Below are positions 1-12,429 of a DNA stretch of 64,000 bases, one piece after another (position 1 is the first letter of the stretch; each line of letters opens with the position of its first letter). The stretch is from Octopus sinensis (lineage: Eukaryota): the NCBI RefSeq assembly GCF_006345805.1, contig NC_043002.1, positions 12,896,001 to 12,960,000 of the forward strand, written 5' to 3'. The notes beneath the pieces were generated by a model. That model worked only from the letters and a program-made list of their open reading frames with translations. It had not been told where the DNA came from and searched no databases. Position numbers and translations under genes: made by a program.

Positions 1-351
1 TAGATTTTAGTAAAGTGCACGGCCTACGGTTTAACGGGTTGGTCTGAGGATCAGTAGATGATGGATTCGATTAATGGAGCTGATGGTTATACGTTAGGCC
101 AGTGTGCATAAAGAAGAATACAACCAGCAGAGTATTGGTGGATTACTACTCATGAATGTTTTACCGATTTTGTTTCCATCATTCAACCAAGACTTAAATT
201 TTCTTTTTATCATCTATTTGTACTCTCGTTAAAATCTCATCTTTCATTATCCACTGTATTGATTCTGTCAGCCTCTTGCACATACAGATGTTTATAACCT
301 GAGTTCTCTTCACCTTCCTTCATTGCTCCATCTCCTCGTATTTGTATACCT

Positions 352-1350
352 ATTTCTTTACTACCCACAAGGGGCTAAACACAGAGAGAACAAACAAGGA
401 CAGACAAACGGATTATGTCGATTATATCGACCCAGTGCGTAACTGGTACTTGTTTAATCGACCCCCAAAAGGATGAAAGGCAAAGTCGACCTCGGCTGAA
501 TTTGAACTCAGAACGTAGCGGCAGACGAAATACCTATTTCTTTACTACCCACAAGGGGCTAAACACAGAGAGGACAAACAAGGACAGACAAACGGATTAT
601 GTCGATTATATCGACCCAGTGCGTAACTGGTACTTGTTTAATCGACCCCCAAAAGGATGAAAGGCAAAGTCGACCTCGGCTGAATTTGAACTCAGAACGT
701 AGCGGCAGACGAAATACCTATTTCTTTACTACCCACAAGGGGCTAAACACAGAGAGGACAAACAAGGACAGACAAACGGATTATGTCGATTATATCTACC
801 CCAGTGCGTAACTGGTACTTGTTTAATCGACCCCGAAAGAATGAAAGGCAACGTCGACCTCGGCTGAATTTGAACTCAGAACGTAGCGGCAGACAAAATA
901 CCTATTTCTTTACTACCCAGAAGGGGCTAAACTCAGAGAGGACAAACAAGGAAAGACAAACGGATTAAGTCAATTATATCGGCCCAAGTGCGTAACTGGT
1001 ACTTTTTTAATCGACCCCGAAAGGATGAAAGGCAAAGTCGACCTCGGCTGAATTTGAACTCAGAACGTAGCGGTAGACGAAATACTACTAAGCATTTCGC
1101 CCGGCCTGCTAACGTTTCTTATTTCTTTATTGCCCACAAGGAGCTAAACATAGAGAGGACAAACAAGGACAGACAAACGGATTATGTCGATTATATCGAC
1201 GCCAGTGCGTAACTGGTACTTGTTTAATCGACCCCGAAAGGATGAAAGGCAAAGTCGACCTCGGCTGAATTTGAACTCAGAACGTAGCGGCAGACGAAAT
1301 ACCGCTAAGCATTTCGCTCGGCGTGCTAACGTTTCTGCCAAGTCACCACC
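352..1350 (-). mobile_element. Tandem array of five ~184-bp units of a tRNA-derived CORE-type SINE (octopus OR-like)
   Basis: Near-identical ORFs recur at 415/599/783 (period 184). On the minus strand each unit has a B-box (GTTCAAATTC) and a CORE-like GTCGACTTTGCCTTTCATCC...AGTACCAG segment. Confidence 0.85.
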
Positions 1351-1650
1351 CTCGTATTTGTATACCTTCACATCGGACCACTTTTCCTCACCTCAAAATT
1401 AATACTGCGTTATTTTGTAGTTCAAACTCCATTCGGATATCTTTAAAAAATATTCAAATACTAATTACTAGACAGTCCAGAAATTCCTCAATTTTGATGA
1501 ACCACTCCAAAACATTCATATAGAGTAGACGGGCCAGCTTTTCTATGCTTCACAACTGATCGCTGATTCTTTACCTTTGGTAATATACAAGTAAATGAGA
1601 GCTATTGTGGATAAAATCAGCGGCACACTGTTTCCCTCAAATATTCCACG

Positions 1651-2090
1651 TTTTATACTCTTTACTCTTTTACTTGTTTCAGTCATTTGACTGTGGCCAC
1701 GCTGGAGCACCGCCTTTAGTCGAGCAAATCGACCCCAGGACTTATTCCTTGCAAGCCTAGTACTTATTCTATCGGTCACTTTTGCCGGACCACTAAATTA
1801 TGGGGACGTAAACACAACACCATCAAGTGATGTTTGGAGGGACAAACAGAGACACACAAACATACACACACACGCACACACACACACATACACACACGCA
1901 CACACACACAAATATATATATACATATATACGACGGGCTTTTTTCAGTTTCCGTCTACCAAATCCACTCACAAGGCTTTGGTCGGCCCGAGGCTATAGTA
2001 GAAGACACCTGCCCAAGGTGCCACGCAGTGGGACTGAACCCGGAATCATGTGGTTGGTAAGCAAGCAACTTACCACACAGCCACTCCTGC
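1651..2090 (-). mobile_element. Composite tRNA-derived SINE (family 2) with internal (CA)/(TA) microsatellite and (TTTTACTC)-type tail
   Basis: Head GGAGTGGCTGTGTGG...GGTTCAGTCC (A/B boxes). More than 12 related copies in the window. Confidence 0.85.
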
Positions 2091-2411
2091 CCCTATGTTA
2101 ACATTTCCCAGACACTGCGTCCCAGTTACTAGTAATTCTGTCGTTTCATACTGCCATAGATTAATGCTTTGGTGTTATCTGACACTCCTTAGATAATCGT
2201 GATTTTCTGGTCTGTTTGTGTGCAACAATATCGTAGGTCATTTGGTAATCTATCCAGACCAAATCTGTATAATCTTACAATTCTATATTACCATCTTGTC
2301 CATTAACAGTTGATGATTGTGGCTCTGGATTGAAAGGGATGCTGATTTTGTCCGGCGTGCTACGAATCTACTGGTAGGCCGTCTCCATGATGACGATAGT
2401 GATGGTGATGA

Positions 2412-2449
<38 letters not shown>

Positions 2450-3530
2450 TAATTATATTAATAACAACAAGAGCATTCAGAGAGCGCAAACCTCCAAGGT
2501 AACACCAATGTCCTCTCAACGATTAGCCGGAGATGATTTTTAAAATGAGAATATCTTAAACTCGACTGCTCTCACAAACGAAAATACTAAAAATGAACTC
2601 GACCGCTCTCAAAAATTAAGTAAAAAACTGGAAAAATAATAATACAGAAGCCTTTTCCGCTACTTGATCGATCCCAGTGGTAGTCATGGAATGTGAAGGT
2701 GGGTGTGTGGGCTGTGTTTGTAATTCTGTGTGTGTGTGTGTGTGGTCTGCAGTGGGAACAAGGATAGGTTTCTCTATGAAGGCCCTTTTCTAGTCTATAC
2801 ATTGATATAGCGTCTCTACGACCATTAAGGTCTAGAGTGAAAAATGAATCCGTGCATGAACGAAAACGGAAAAGATCTGCATATGGTGCTGTTACCGGAA
2901 GTTTAACAACCTCGTTGCGCACAAAAACGGGAGTCCAAGAAGTAAAGCTTCCTTCAAGGCATAACTAGCAATGCAATCGTCAAGTAGGTAAGAGGTTTGA
3001 AACAGGAGCGATATATTCAAAATTGGTAAAACTGAAAATTGTCGAGGATAAATTAAATCTATTATTGTAACTGAATATGTTAGTGTTATTTAATCTCTGA
3101 TTGGTTTTACTGCTGTTTGTTTATGTAGTTTGATTTCTTTATCCATCAGTTTCTACTAAGATAGAGACGCGAGTAAAATTAATAATAGAGAAACGAAAAT
3201 AAAACTTTGGAAACAGCAACGCCGCCATAACTTACGTGGAAACTATGAGTGTGCTTTCAAGGGAGATAATCAGAGAAAGACTTGAAAGTGAACGTAAGAC
3301 CGTAACATTTCATGTAAAGCAAATTGAATATAACAAATAGTCCAGAATCCTTGTATTGTAGCGGATAGATCCCACAATTTAATCAGCTCGTGCCAGTCAC
3401 GAGGCCAAACATCCCTGAAAGTTTCATTCAGATCCACCCAACAGTTCTTGAGATATCTTGTCCACGGACAAGCAAACAAACAAGAAAGCACAACTGAAGA
3501 TATACCTCCGCCTTCGCTAAGGTGGAGGTA

Positions 3531-3568
<38 letters not shown>

Positions 3569-3569
<1 letters not shown>

Positions 3570-4726
3570 CATGAAAACAAGAAAGCATCATACTCAGTCA
3601 CAAAACAGGCAAAGGAATATCTAAGTGAATTCCGAATACAACCAATTTCGGAATTAGAGATAGACATACAAGAAACAAGCACAGAAAAAGCTAGGCGCAT
3701 GAAAACCCGTGCCAAAACTGCGGCCTTAGATATTCTGAATAATAAATGGCAAGAAAAACCTCTCTATGGCAAATACCCAAAGAGAGCGAATAATGCAGAT
3801 ATCGACAAAGCCCTGACCCATCAATGGCTAATGGCCTCTGGCTTAAAATCTGAAATAGAGGGGTTTATCATAGCAGCTCAAGATCAATGCCTACCAACAA
3901 GAAACTACCAGGCCAACATATTAAAGATCAGAAGCAGTCCAACGTGTCGTGTATGCAAGCAACAAAATGAAACCATTGACCATGTGGTCTCCAAGTGCAG
4001 TCTTCTAGCGCCTACAGAGTATCTCAACAGGCACGATAGAGCTGCACAATATATTCACTGGGTAATCTGTAAAAACCTGGATTTGCCCCATGAAAAAAAC
4101 TGGTGGGAACACAAACCACCCCCAGTGCTTGAAAATGACCACATCTCACTCCTCTGGAACTTCACCATTCAAACTGACAGGAAAATAGATGCAAATAGGC
4201 CAGACATCATATTGAAAGACTTCAAACAAAGAACATGCCTCCTCATTGATATGACTGTCCCAATCGATATAAACGTATCTGTCAGGACCTACCAAAAACT
4301 GAGCAAATATAAAGATCTTGAAATAGAAATCAGCAAAATGTGGAAGCTGAAGACTAAAACAATACCTGTTGTCATAGGTGCCCTGGGAATGATAGCAAAA
4401 GGGGCTGATAGCTACCTAACTCAGATACCAGGAAACCCAAAAATGGCAGAAGTTCAAAAGATAGTGCTCATGGGAACTGCTCATATCCTACGCAAAATAC
4501 TCTCTATGTAACCTCAAGGTTTAAAACAACCATAATTTTCGGTTTAAAAAAAAAAAAAAAAAAAAAAACTTTTTTTTAGACATTCATTAGTACAACATCC
4601 CCACCCCCCTAATATATGGCACACTAGGCATAACAACAACATGAACTTCCAACCCTGTTGTCTCTTGAGGTCTCTGGGTGAGACTTGGAGCCAACTTGTA
4701 CAAATATAAAGCAAAAGTCAAACATA

Positions 4727-4730
<4 letters not shown>
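3569..4730 (+). mobile_element. R4/Dong-clade non-LTR retrotransposon, 5'-truncated, intact C-terminal ORF
   Basis: ORF 3522-4511 has a CCHC knuckle (CRVCKQQNETIDHVVSKC) and restriction-like endonuclease motifs (RPDIIL...LLIDMTVP...KLSKYKDL), then a 3' UTR. Flanked by (AAT)n on both sides. Confidence 0.9.
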
Positions 4731-4765
<35 letters not shown>

Positions 4766-4787
4766 TAACAATAATAATAATAATAAT

Positions 4788-5300
4788 ATGCCCTGATGCA
4801 GTACCAGGCAGTGGCTCTAATGGCTTCTGATCTTAACTGGTTGGAAGTGTTATCATGTGCATTGTGTTATCAATACCACAGATTTGCTTGTCAGTTGTTT
4901 AAACTTAACATGTTCTTTGGTGCCTGATCATATGTGCATCTCTGATCGCGAGCAGAAGTAGTGAGGGAGCATCATAGCTATGTGTTGAGTGTAATTCTTT
5001 CGGGTTTGAATTATTCGCCTCTGGAAACATGGGTGTTTCATTCAACATCCTTAAACAACCCTTATTCAGGGACCTTTTGAACAGGATGGGTTACTCAACC
5101 TGAGGAATGTTCTAACTGGGCCACCCCCCCAATCTACAAGGTCATACACTGTTTGTCTTGATATGAGATCACCATGTCACGCACATAGGGTTGTGATGCA
5201 TGTCTGGTTAACCCTTATCAGACGGGTATTCATGATGGGGATACTGGGCTTCGTGTATTTTACCCCAGTGTCATTTTGATGACACATCGATGTCTCACTC
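4788..5300 (+). mobile_element. ~550-bp non-coding (AAT)n-associated repeat (ATGCCCTGATGCAGTACC...CTCTCACTC)
   Basis: Further copies at 24623-25170, 26918-27356, 63597-64000 (+) and 5370-5648 (-). Always co-oriented with, and flanked by, (AAT)n. Confidence 0.8.
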
Positions 5301-5649
5301 AATAACAACAACAACAACAACAACGACAACAGCAATAATAATAATAATAACAATAATAATAATAATTATAATTTTTCCAAAGGTGAATTATTCAAACCCC
5401 AAAGAATCCCTTTCAACACATGGCTATGATACTCCACTACTTCTGCTCGTGATCAGAGGTGCACATATCGTCAACCACTAAGGGACATGATCAACTGGTT
5501 AAGGTCAAACAACTGACAGGCAAATCTGTGGTATTGAGCAGAATATTTGCTGTAGCCCATCTTCTATCCCAAGTCAAAACAATGTACATGATAACACTTT
5601 CAGTCAATTGAGATCAGAAGCCATGTGAGCCACTGTCTGGTATTGCATT

Positions 5650-6205
5650 ATTATTATTATTATTTATTTTTTTTTTTTTTCCTTCTTTCTTCAAATTTTC
5701 CTCCATTTCTCGCCGAGTATTTTCCGTACACCTAGGGCAGAGAAGCTCATTGCATGCATTCCCAGATTACACACGCAAATTCACAGCTAAAATATGTATT
5801 TAAAAATTTAATAAATAAATAAATTCATGAATGGATGTTGTTATTCACACCGATAATGCTCTTCTCAGTAAATGAGCCGTTCCAGTTAGCACGATTTGTT
5901 GCACTTCCTGTAGGAATGGTAAGCCTGGTATCATTTTCAAATAGGTTTCAATACCTTTTTTTTATCATTCCTAGAGATCCTACAATCACTGGTACTGTAG
6001 TCGCCTTGAGATGCCAAATTTTTTCAATTTCTATTAGCAAGTCTTTATATTTACTGATCTTTCGCCGCTATATTGTGATCGCAAAGAATACTCATGTCAA
6101 TTAATAAACACACCTTTTTTGTCTGGTCTTTTATAATAATATCCGGTTTATTAGCTTTTATAGTTTTGTCGGTATGTACAGGGAAGTCCCCGAGAATCGA
6201 CACAT
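5650..6205 (-). mobile_element. R4/Dong-clade 3' end, separate lineage
   Basis: Minus strand reads TTVPVIVGSLGMI...EVQQIVLTGTAHLLRRALSV*. Its 3' UTR matches 53720-53905 and ends in (AAT)n. Confidence 0.75.
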
Positions 6206-6222
6206 TATTATTGTTGTTGTTG

Positions 6223-6280
<58 letters not shown>

Positions 6281-6652
6281 GGCCTAATGGTTAGGGTGTT
6301 TTACGCAGGATCACGAGATCGCTGTTTCAGTTCCTGGACTAGGTGGTGTGTTGTGTTTTTTCGGAAAGCACTTCATCTCACGTTGATCTGCAAACGCTTC
6401 AACACTTGATGTGTGGTAAGGCGTGCATATGTGGAGACAACGTCGATTTGACGAAGGGAGTAAACTCTTGATCACTATAACCGAATCATTTGTGCAAATT
6501 GTTCGGCAAAGAAACTGAACATCTATACGTCATTTTCGACGGGAAGGTCCATCATCATCATCATTATTGTTGTTGTTTTTGTGGCTGTTGCTGCTCATAT
6601 TGTTGTTGTTATTATTAAGAAGACAAAAACAAAGAAAAAAAAAGAAACTTAC

Positions 6653-6929
6653 TGAATTTTCCTCCAAAAACCTGACGGTTGCAGTCATCATACTGGCTGT
6701 TCCTGCGCACACAAACCTGCTGTGACTGCGAAAACACCGTGCCTTTTCCGCATGCCTGTGCTGTTGTATATACATAGTTACATGAATAGAACTCACTGCA
6801 GTTACTCGGTGAACGAACGAAATGTGAACCGACTCTTATTTGTGTTATTTTACACAAATTCGAGATATCTTCACAAAAAACGACTGACACTGCGATCAGG
6901 AGAACGGCGGCTGCAACACGAAACTCCAT
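6653..6929 (-). CDS. Gene A exon 1: signal peptide + peritrophin-A (CBM14) chitin-binding domain 1; downstream exons not found in the window
   Basis: MEFRVAAAVLLIAVSVVFC (hydrophobic signal), then six Cys spaced CX17CX5CX9CX12CX9C. Phase-1 donor TTCA|gtaagt at 6653/6652. 74% aa identical to gene B exon 1 (hand count). Confidence 0.9.
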
Positions 6930-6983
6930 AATTTTTTATACACTGTAAAATCGGATAATCAAAATAAATTGCTTGCAATAACT

Positions 6984-7192
6984 CTATCACAACAGACTGG
7001 TAATCTCTCTATTTCTGACTGAGTTGCTTGAAAAAATGTCTCTTATATAGTAACTTGCAGTGGTATGATACCAATCAGGTTTAGGGCTTGGGGAATTACT
7101 AGAGTTCATGTTTAATTGACTCAGAATTTGGTCACTGTTCTACAAGCAAAATGACCTCCACCCAACTGCTACACAACCTTGCTAGACAACTT
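6984..7192 (-). promoter_or_regulatory. Gene A core/proximal promoter
   Basis: On minus strand: CTATATAAG (7050-7042), Inr-like TCAGTC (7022-7017) about 29 nt downstream, TGATAG (6989-6984). On plus strand: CCACCC (7158-7163) and ACCTTGCTAGACAACTT (7176-7192). All conserved with B and C. Confidence 0.65.
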
Positions 7193-8029
7193 GTGTTATC
7201 GGACTTCTTCGTCATGATGTTGCTGTTCTTGTTGTTGCTGTTGTTGTTGTTGTTGTTGTTCTTCTTCTTCTTCTTCTTCTTCTTCTTCTTCTTCTTCTTC
7301 TTCTTCTTTATCTTTCTTTTTTTCTTCTTCCGTCGTAGCTCTTTCTTTGCTTTTATTGTTCTCTTAAACTTTGTCACACTTTTGTCAAAATCGAGTTTTA
7401 CTTGTGGTCGATAAAAAGAGTGTATACATACGTGCATACATACAAACATTCATGTCTATTATACACACATGCACATGTACATATTTACATTCATACAAAC
7501 GTACATACACATACGTATGCTTAAGCGTCCGCGTGCCTGCGTTTATGCCTAAACAACACCAATACACACACACACACATAAGTATGTATGCATGTATATA
7601 TATATACATATATATATATATACACACACTGTTTGTGTGTGCATTGATTCTGTACACCCAGAAAGTCCACTTTACATATGAAAATTGGTATTTCTGAAAA
7701 GAACGCCCTTACGTATACATAGAAACAAAAACGTTGTCTGTCATCTAGAAGCTCAGATAGTTAAATTGTCAGGAAGAATGACGCAAAATCCTGTAATCAA
7801 ACCTGTTTCATGTATTCGGTGCCAGAGTGGGCCTCGAAACGTTTTGTGTGGGTGCGCTAATTTGCAATAATTATAGAGTTAATTATAGAAGTGTTACAAT
7901 TTAACTAATTTTAGAATTTAACTATTTCAAATTCAACTAATTTTGGATCGTCTTGAAAACGTTGTGTCATCATGTATTTTCGGATGTATTTGTTTGAATG
8001 AGGTTCTTTGTATATATATATATATATAA

Positions 8030-8309
8030 GGCCCAGTGGTTAGGGCAGCGAACTCGCGCGGTCGTAGGATCGCGGTTTTGAATCCTAAACCGAGCGTTGT
8101 GAGTGTTTATTGAGCGAAAACACCTAAAAGCTCCACGAGGCTCCGGCAGGGGGGTGGTGGCGATCCCTGCTGTACTCTTTCTTCTGTTGGCTTGCTCGCT
8201 TAGCTAGCGGGATGGCGTCATTTCAAGGTTAAAACAATGCGAAGCGCATTGAGACAAGCGATGTGTAGCAACATCTGATAGCCTGGTCGGTCACGGTGAT
8301 CACGGTGAT

Positions 8310-8310
<1 letters not shown>
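8030..8310 (+). mobile_element. tRNA-derived SINE family 3, tail type 1
   Basis: GGCCCAGTGGTTAGGGCAGCG...GGTTTTGAATCC head; ends ...cggtcacggtgatcacggtgata. Confidence 0.75.
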
Positions 8311-8401
<91 letters not shown>

Positions 8402-8766
8402 CAAGCAGTATCGCCCGGCGTTGCTCGGGTTGTAAGGGAAATAACTATAAAGCATTTTTAGAGTTATAGCCAAAAAATGGAAAAAAAATTATGGTAAATT
8501 TTTTTAGTTAAAAAGGTCGAGTTGCGTCCCCTAGACAGTCTGTTGTTTGTGTTTCTGATTCTCGACCCCATGTCGAATTTATCGATTTTTTTCAGAACTG
8601 GGGGAACTTTTCAAAATTTTCGCTGCGTTAGTTTTGAATTATGACATTGGGCTATGTGTGTGTCAAGTTTCATCAGAATCGGTTGAAAGCCGTGGTCAGG
8701 GTGAGGGTACAACCTAACAGACACACAGAAACACACACAGACAAACTGCCGTTTATATATAGAGAG
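8402..8766 (-). mobile_element. Non-autonomous Helitron-like element
   Basis: Same 3' terminus (CCCGAGCAACGCCGGGCGATACTGCTTG|T), different body. Confidence 0.72.
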
Positions 8767-9049
8767 ATACATAAAACATATATACATGTCTGTGCAAATG
8801 TATATGTATATATATACACATACGCCATTTAAATTTGTTAATGGTAATGTTCTGAATATGCAAATAAATCTCCTTTTCCATTCTTCCGGCCACAGTCTAA
8901 TGATGCTGACTCGTGAGTCAATGTTTCGGGGTTGCATCAAGATAGACCGATATAATGTAAGATAAATACGATAATATAATGATATTGCAGGATAAATGTA
9001 CGATAGATATAATAATATAGTAATATTATATTATATATCCTTTTATTGT

Positions 9050-9276
9050 ATTTCAGAAATTATAGGAGCAGCTGTCTTTGAAGACTCGCATTGTCATTGA
9101 ATGCTGGAAATGAGGAGTAGATAGACAGCCGGCAACTGATGAAGAGACTTTTCTCTGTGTTAACTTGTAGTGTTTTCCATTTTTTTTTTCGTTTTTTACA
9201 TAGTACCCTCGTTTTATTTTATGTATTTCATTTTATTTGTTCCGGTGGTGACGTCCTGTACCCACATATGCATGTG

Positions 9277-9328
<52 letters not shown>

Positions 9329-9463
9329 TATTTAAATTGAACACGATGCATCTATTTCCAAGTAAGTTTATCTTCCCCTTTTTAATGCCACTCTTTACTC
9401 TATACTGTTTTCTTCCCCCATCTTTCTCTAATTCCCTTTTCTCCCCTCCCTCATTTGCCACTT

Positions 9464-9495
<32 letters not shown>

Positions 9496-9945
9496 GCCGT
9501 TGCTCATACGTGACCATCGTCCATCGTTTCCTCACATGACCATCTTTCATTCCCTGCATGGACGCTTAAACAAGCGGGCGTGTTTTCTTCCTCCCTTCTA
9601 TCTTTTCTCTTTTCACAAAAATGTTTCTCCCAGCGTTCACTATTTTTCTCTCGTTCTGGGTCTAATGACCCTCCATATTTGTTTTCGTTCGGTTTCCTTG
9701 TATATCTCCACTGTCCTGACCCTCCATAAATCTTAAATTTTATTTTAGAGTTTATGGGATAAACTGTCTTTGAAGATTCATATTGTCATTGAATGCTTGA
9801 AATGAGAGTAGATAGACAGTCGACAACTGATGAAAGGTCCTTTCTGTGTTAACTTTTCTAGTTGTTTACGTATTTCACTCGTTTTCCCCTTCTTTGTGAT
9901 GTATTTCATGCTATATACATCGTTGGTGACGTCCTGTACCCATAT
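9050..9945. repeat. ~200-bp direct repeats (9050-9270, 9740-9945), unclassified; related sequence at about 38900-39220
   Basis: Shared ctgtctttgaaga...caactgatgaa...gtgacgtcctgtaccc. Confidence 0.6.
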
Positions 9946-10442
9946 ATATATGATTTTGATTTTGATTTGATTTTTCCAGTTTCAGCTAATGAGCTGTGGC
10001 CATGCTGGGGCACCGTCATTAAAAGAAAAATTAGTTTATTAGGTTCTACCGAGATTTGAACTCGGATCGCTGGATTCAAAGTCCAGATTGCTAACCATTA
10101 CACCATAGAACCTCATTTGTTGTACTGTTTATTAGTGGTAAGATACCCGCTGTTTTTGTCCTGTTTTTACCATTATTGTTTTTTGTATTTTATATTCGTG
10201 TGGCATCGTCCGTTTTTCTGTCCCTGTTTCGTATACATTCGATCCTTCTTCCAAGAAATCTAATGCTCGTCGCTTAGTTTTTCCTTGGGACTGGCCAGAT
10301 CGGAGCGATCTCAAAATTAATCAGCCGAGATTGCTAGGATGATCCGGTTCTTGACTGAAGATTGAAGGCTTCGAATGTCCCGTCCGTGTTTTTTGTATCG
10401 TCTTCTAAATGTTTTACGTTCTTGTCCCAGTTTGTATTTTTC

Positions 10443-10509
<67 letters not shown>

Positions 10510-10513
<4 letters not shown>

Positions 10514-10710
10514 ACCGCGTGTGTACCGTTGGCGATTTTTTTCCCTCCGTCTTCCCTTCTCTGGATCTTTCCTTTTCCTTTGTTTCTGACGAAGAATTCC
10601 GCTCGAAACGTTAAACCTTCCTTCTTTCCTAAGCGCCCAGTAATACTATATTTGTTCCACGTCCTCGCGTTGTTGTGTTTTCTCCTTGTGTTTTCATGTT
10701 TGGATTAAAT
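10510..10710 (+). mobile_element. Short Penelope-type repeat carrying a minimal hammerhead-ribozyme motif
   Basis: GTTT-CTGACGA-A-stemII-GAAACGTT-AAAC at 10582-10617; second copy at 31898-32102 (-); lies between microsatellites. Confidence 0.6.
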
Positions 10711-11049
10711 TTATATATATATATATATTTATATATATAATGTTATTTTCTATTTAAGTGAACGCGTGGCATCAATTTCCAAGTAAGTTTTATACATATA
10801 TAAGGGGATATAATGAGGTGATGCGACTCACTCACATAACTTCCGGCCGACGTATCGTAAGCAATTTTTCGTAAATATGTAATAACAGATTGTGATATTC
10901 CGGTTTGTTTCCAATATTCTATTGTTCGTAACAATTATTTTACCTACTCAGTCTGTCTCCATATTATACGCACGAAATTCGTTTCATTCGTTTAAATATT
11001 TAAAACAACCGAGTCTTATACACCATCAAATCCGGCAATTGTAATCATA

Positions 11050-11559
11050 TCTATATATATAAAACTGTAGTTGTGTGAGTGTCTGTCCCCTTCGATTTAG
11101 ATTCCTAACTACTCCCACATTTTGCGGTGCAGTTTAACCAAATTCGGGTATCTTATAGTCGTGATTCATATCGAGCCCGTCTGAGTATTAGCGCGCGTCT
11201 ACGATGAGTCTACGATTTTAAAAATAATTTAACATCATTTTTTATTCCCTTTTAATGCATAATTTTTCGTGTGTCGATGGCGGCGGAGTTGGCGTCCATG
11301 GTCACACCTGCACCTGTTTGCTTCTCCCCCTTCTTCCCTCCCTCGTGAAGCTGTGGGGAAGGGAGTGTAAGGAAATCAACGTCGTAAAGCGTTGTCAAGG
11401 AGACCAGCGTTCTTTTAGAACGACTTCATGGCTTGAAGACACCAAAACAGAAATGGCTAAGAAAGCCCGAATTGGCATCTATAAGGGAAGTAACTCTCTA
11501 AAACTGCTTATATAGTTATTTCCCTTACAAACCCGAGCAACGCCGGGCGATACTGCTAG
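11050..11559 (+). mobile_element. Non-autonomous Helitron-like element
   Basis: A|TCTATATATATAAAA start, subterminal CCCGAGCAACGCCGGG hairpin, CTAG|T end. Confidence 0.8.
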
Positions 11560-11584
11560 TTGTATTTAAAACTTTTTATAAGTT

Positions 11585-11950
11585 ACATGTCTGTTTGGTA
11601 AGAACCCTGCTTCCTAACCATGTATTTTTCCGGGTCCAGTTCCACTGTGGGACATTTTTGGCAAGTGTATTTTAATATAGCCTCGGGTTGATCAAAACCT
11701 TGTGAGTGGATTTAGTAGAGGAAACTAAAAGCCGCTCGTCGTATATGTGTGTGTTTGTGTGTGTGTTTGCCTGTGTTTGTCCCCCAACACCGCCTAATAA
11801 CCGGTGTCGGTGTGTTTATATCCCCGTAACAAAGATATCGGTAGATTAAGTACTAGGCTTTAAAATATAAACTTCGACTAAAATTCTTAAAGGCAGTGCC
11901 CCAGCATGGCCACAGAGTAATGACTAAAACAGGTAAAAGATAAAAGATGA
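11585..11950 (+). mobile_element. Family-2 SINE, diverged
   Basis: Similarity to 1651-2090. Confidence 0.7.
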
Positions 11951-12429
11951 AAGATATGTAGTGAATCACGAATACAAGCAGAATGGTTTGGTTTCTGATT
12001 TAGGCACAAGGTAGTTAGCGTATTCGGCTCAGGATTGTGAGGCTGTGAGTTGGATTCCCAGTGCTTCGTTTTGTCTTTGAGCAAGACATTTTATTTCACG
12101 TTGCCCCATTCCACTTCCCTGAAAAACATGAGCTGTGCCTATAATTCAAAGGGCCAGCTTCGTTACATTGTGTGTCACACTGAATATCACACTGAATCAT
12201 CCTCAGAACTACGTTAAGACTACGCACGTCTGTGGAGTGCTCCAATCACTTTCGTGTTAATTTCACGTACCGGCTGTTCCGTTTATCGGATTAACTAGAA
12301 CCCTCATCGTGGTAATCGACGGTGTGGCAGAATGTAATAAAATATATTTCTAACATACTAAAGCAACAATTTCATAACAATAACAGCATGGAAGAGAAAT
12401 AATAGCCGTTTAAAAACACACAAATGCGG

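Noticed and set aside
352-1350. CRISPR-like or coding tandem array (repeated MSIIST... ORFs)
   Set aside because: Units are near-identical SINE bodies with no unique spacers; the ORFs are incidental.
2587-2922. 111-aa minus-strand ORF (…YPCSHC…)
   Set aside because: No recognisable domain, partly translated (CA)n, and no clear splice signals or paralogue; a BLASTx would settle it.
6868-6873. Cryptic AG after the signal peptide allowing exon 2 to splice into the next gene's exon 1 (multi-domain concatemer)
   Set aside because: Weak AAG acceptor, explained simply by the E/Q-D codons; no supporting evidence in the sequence.
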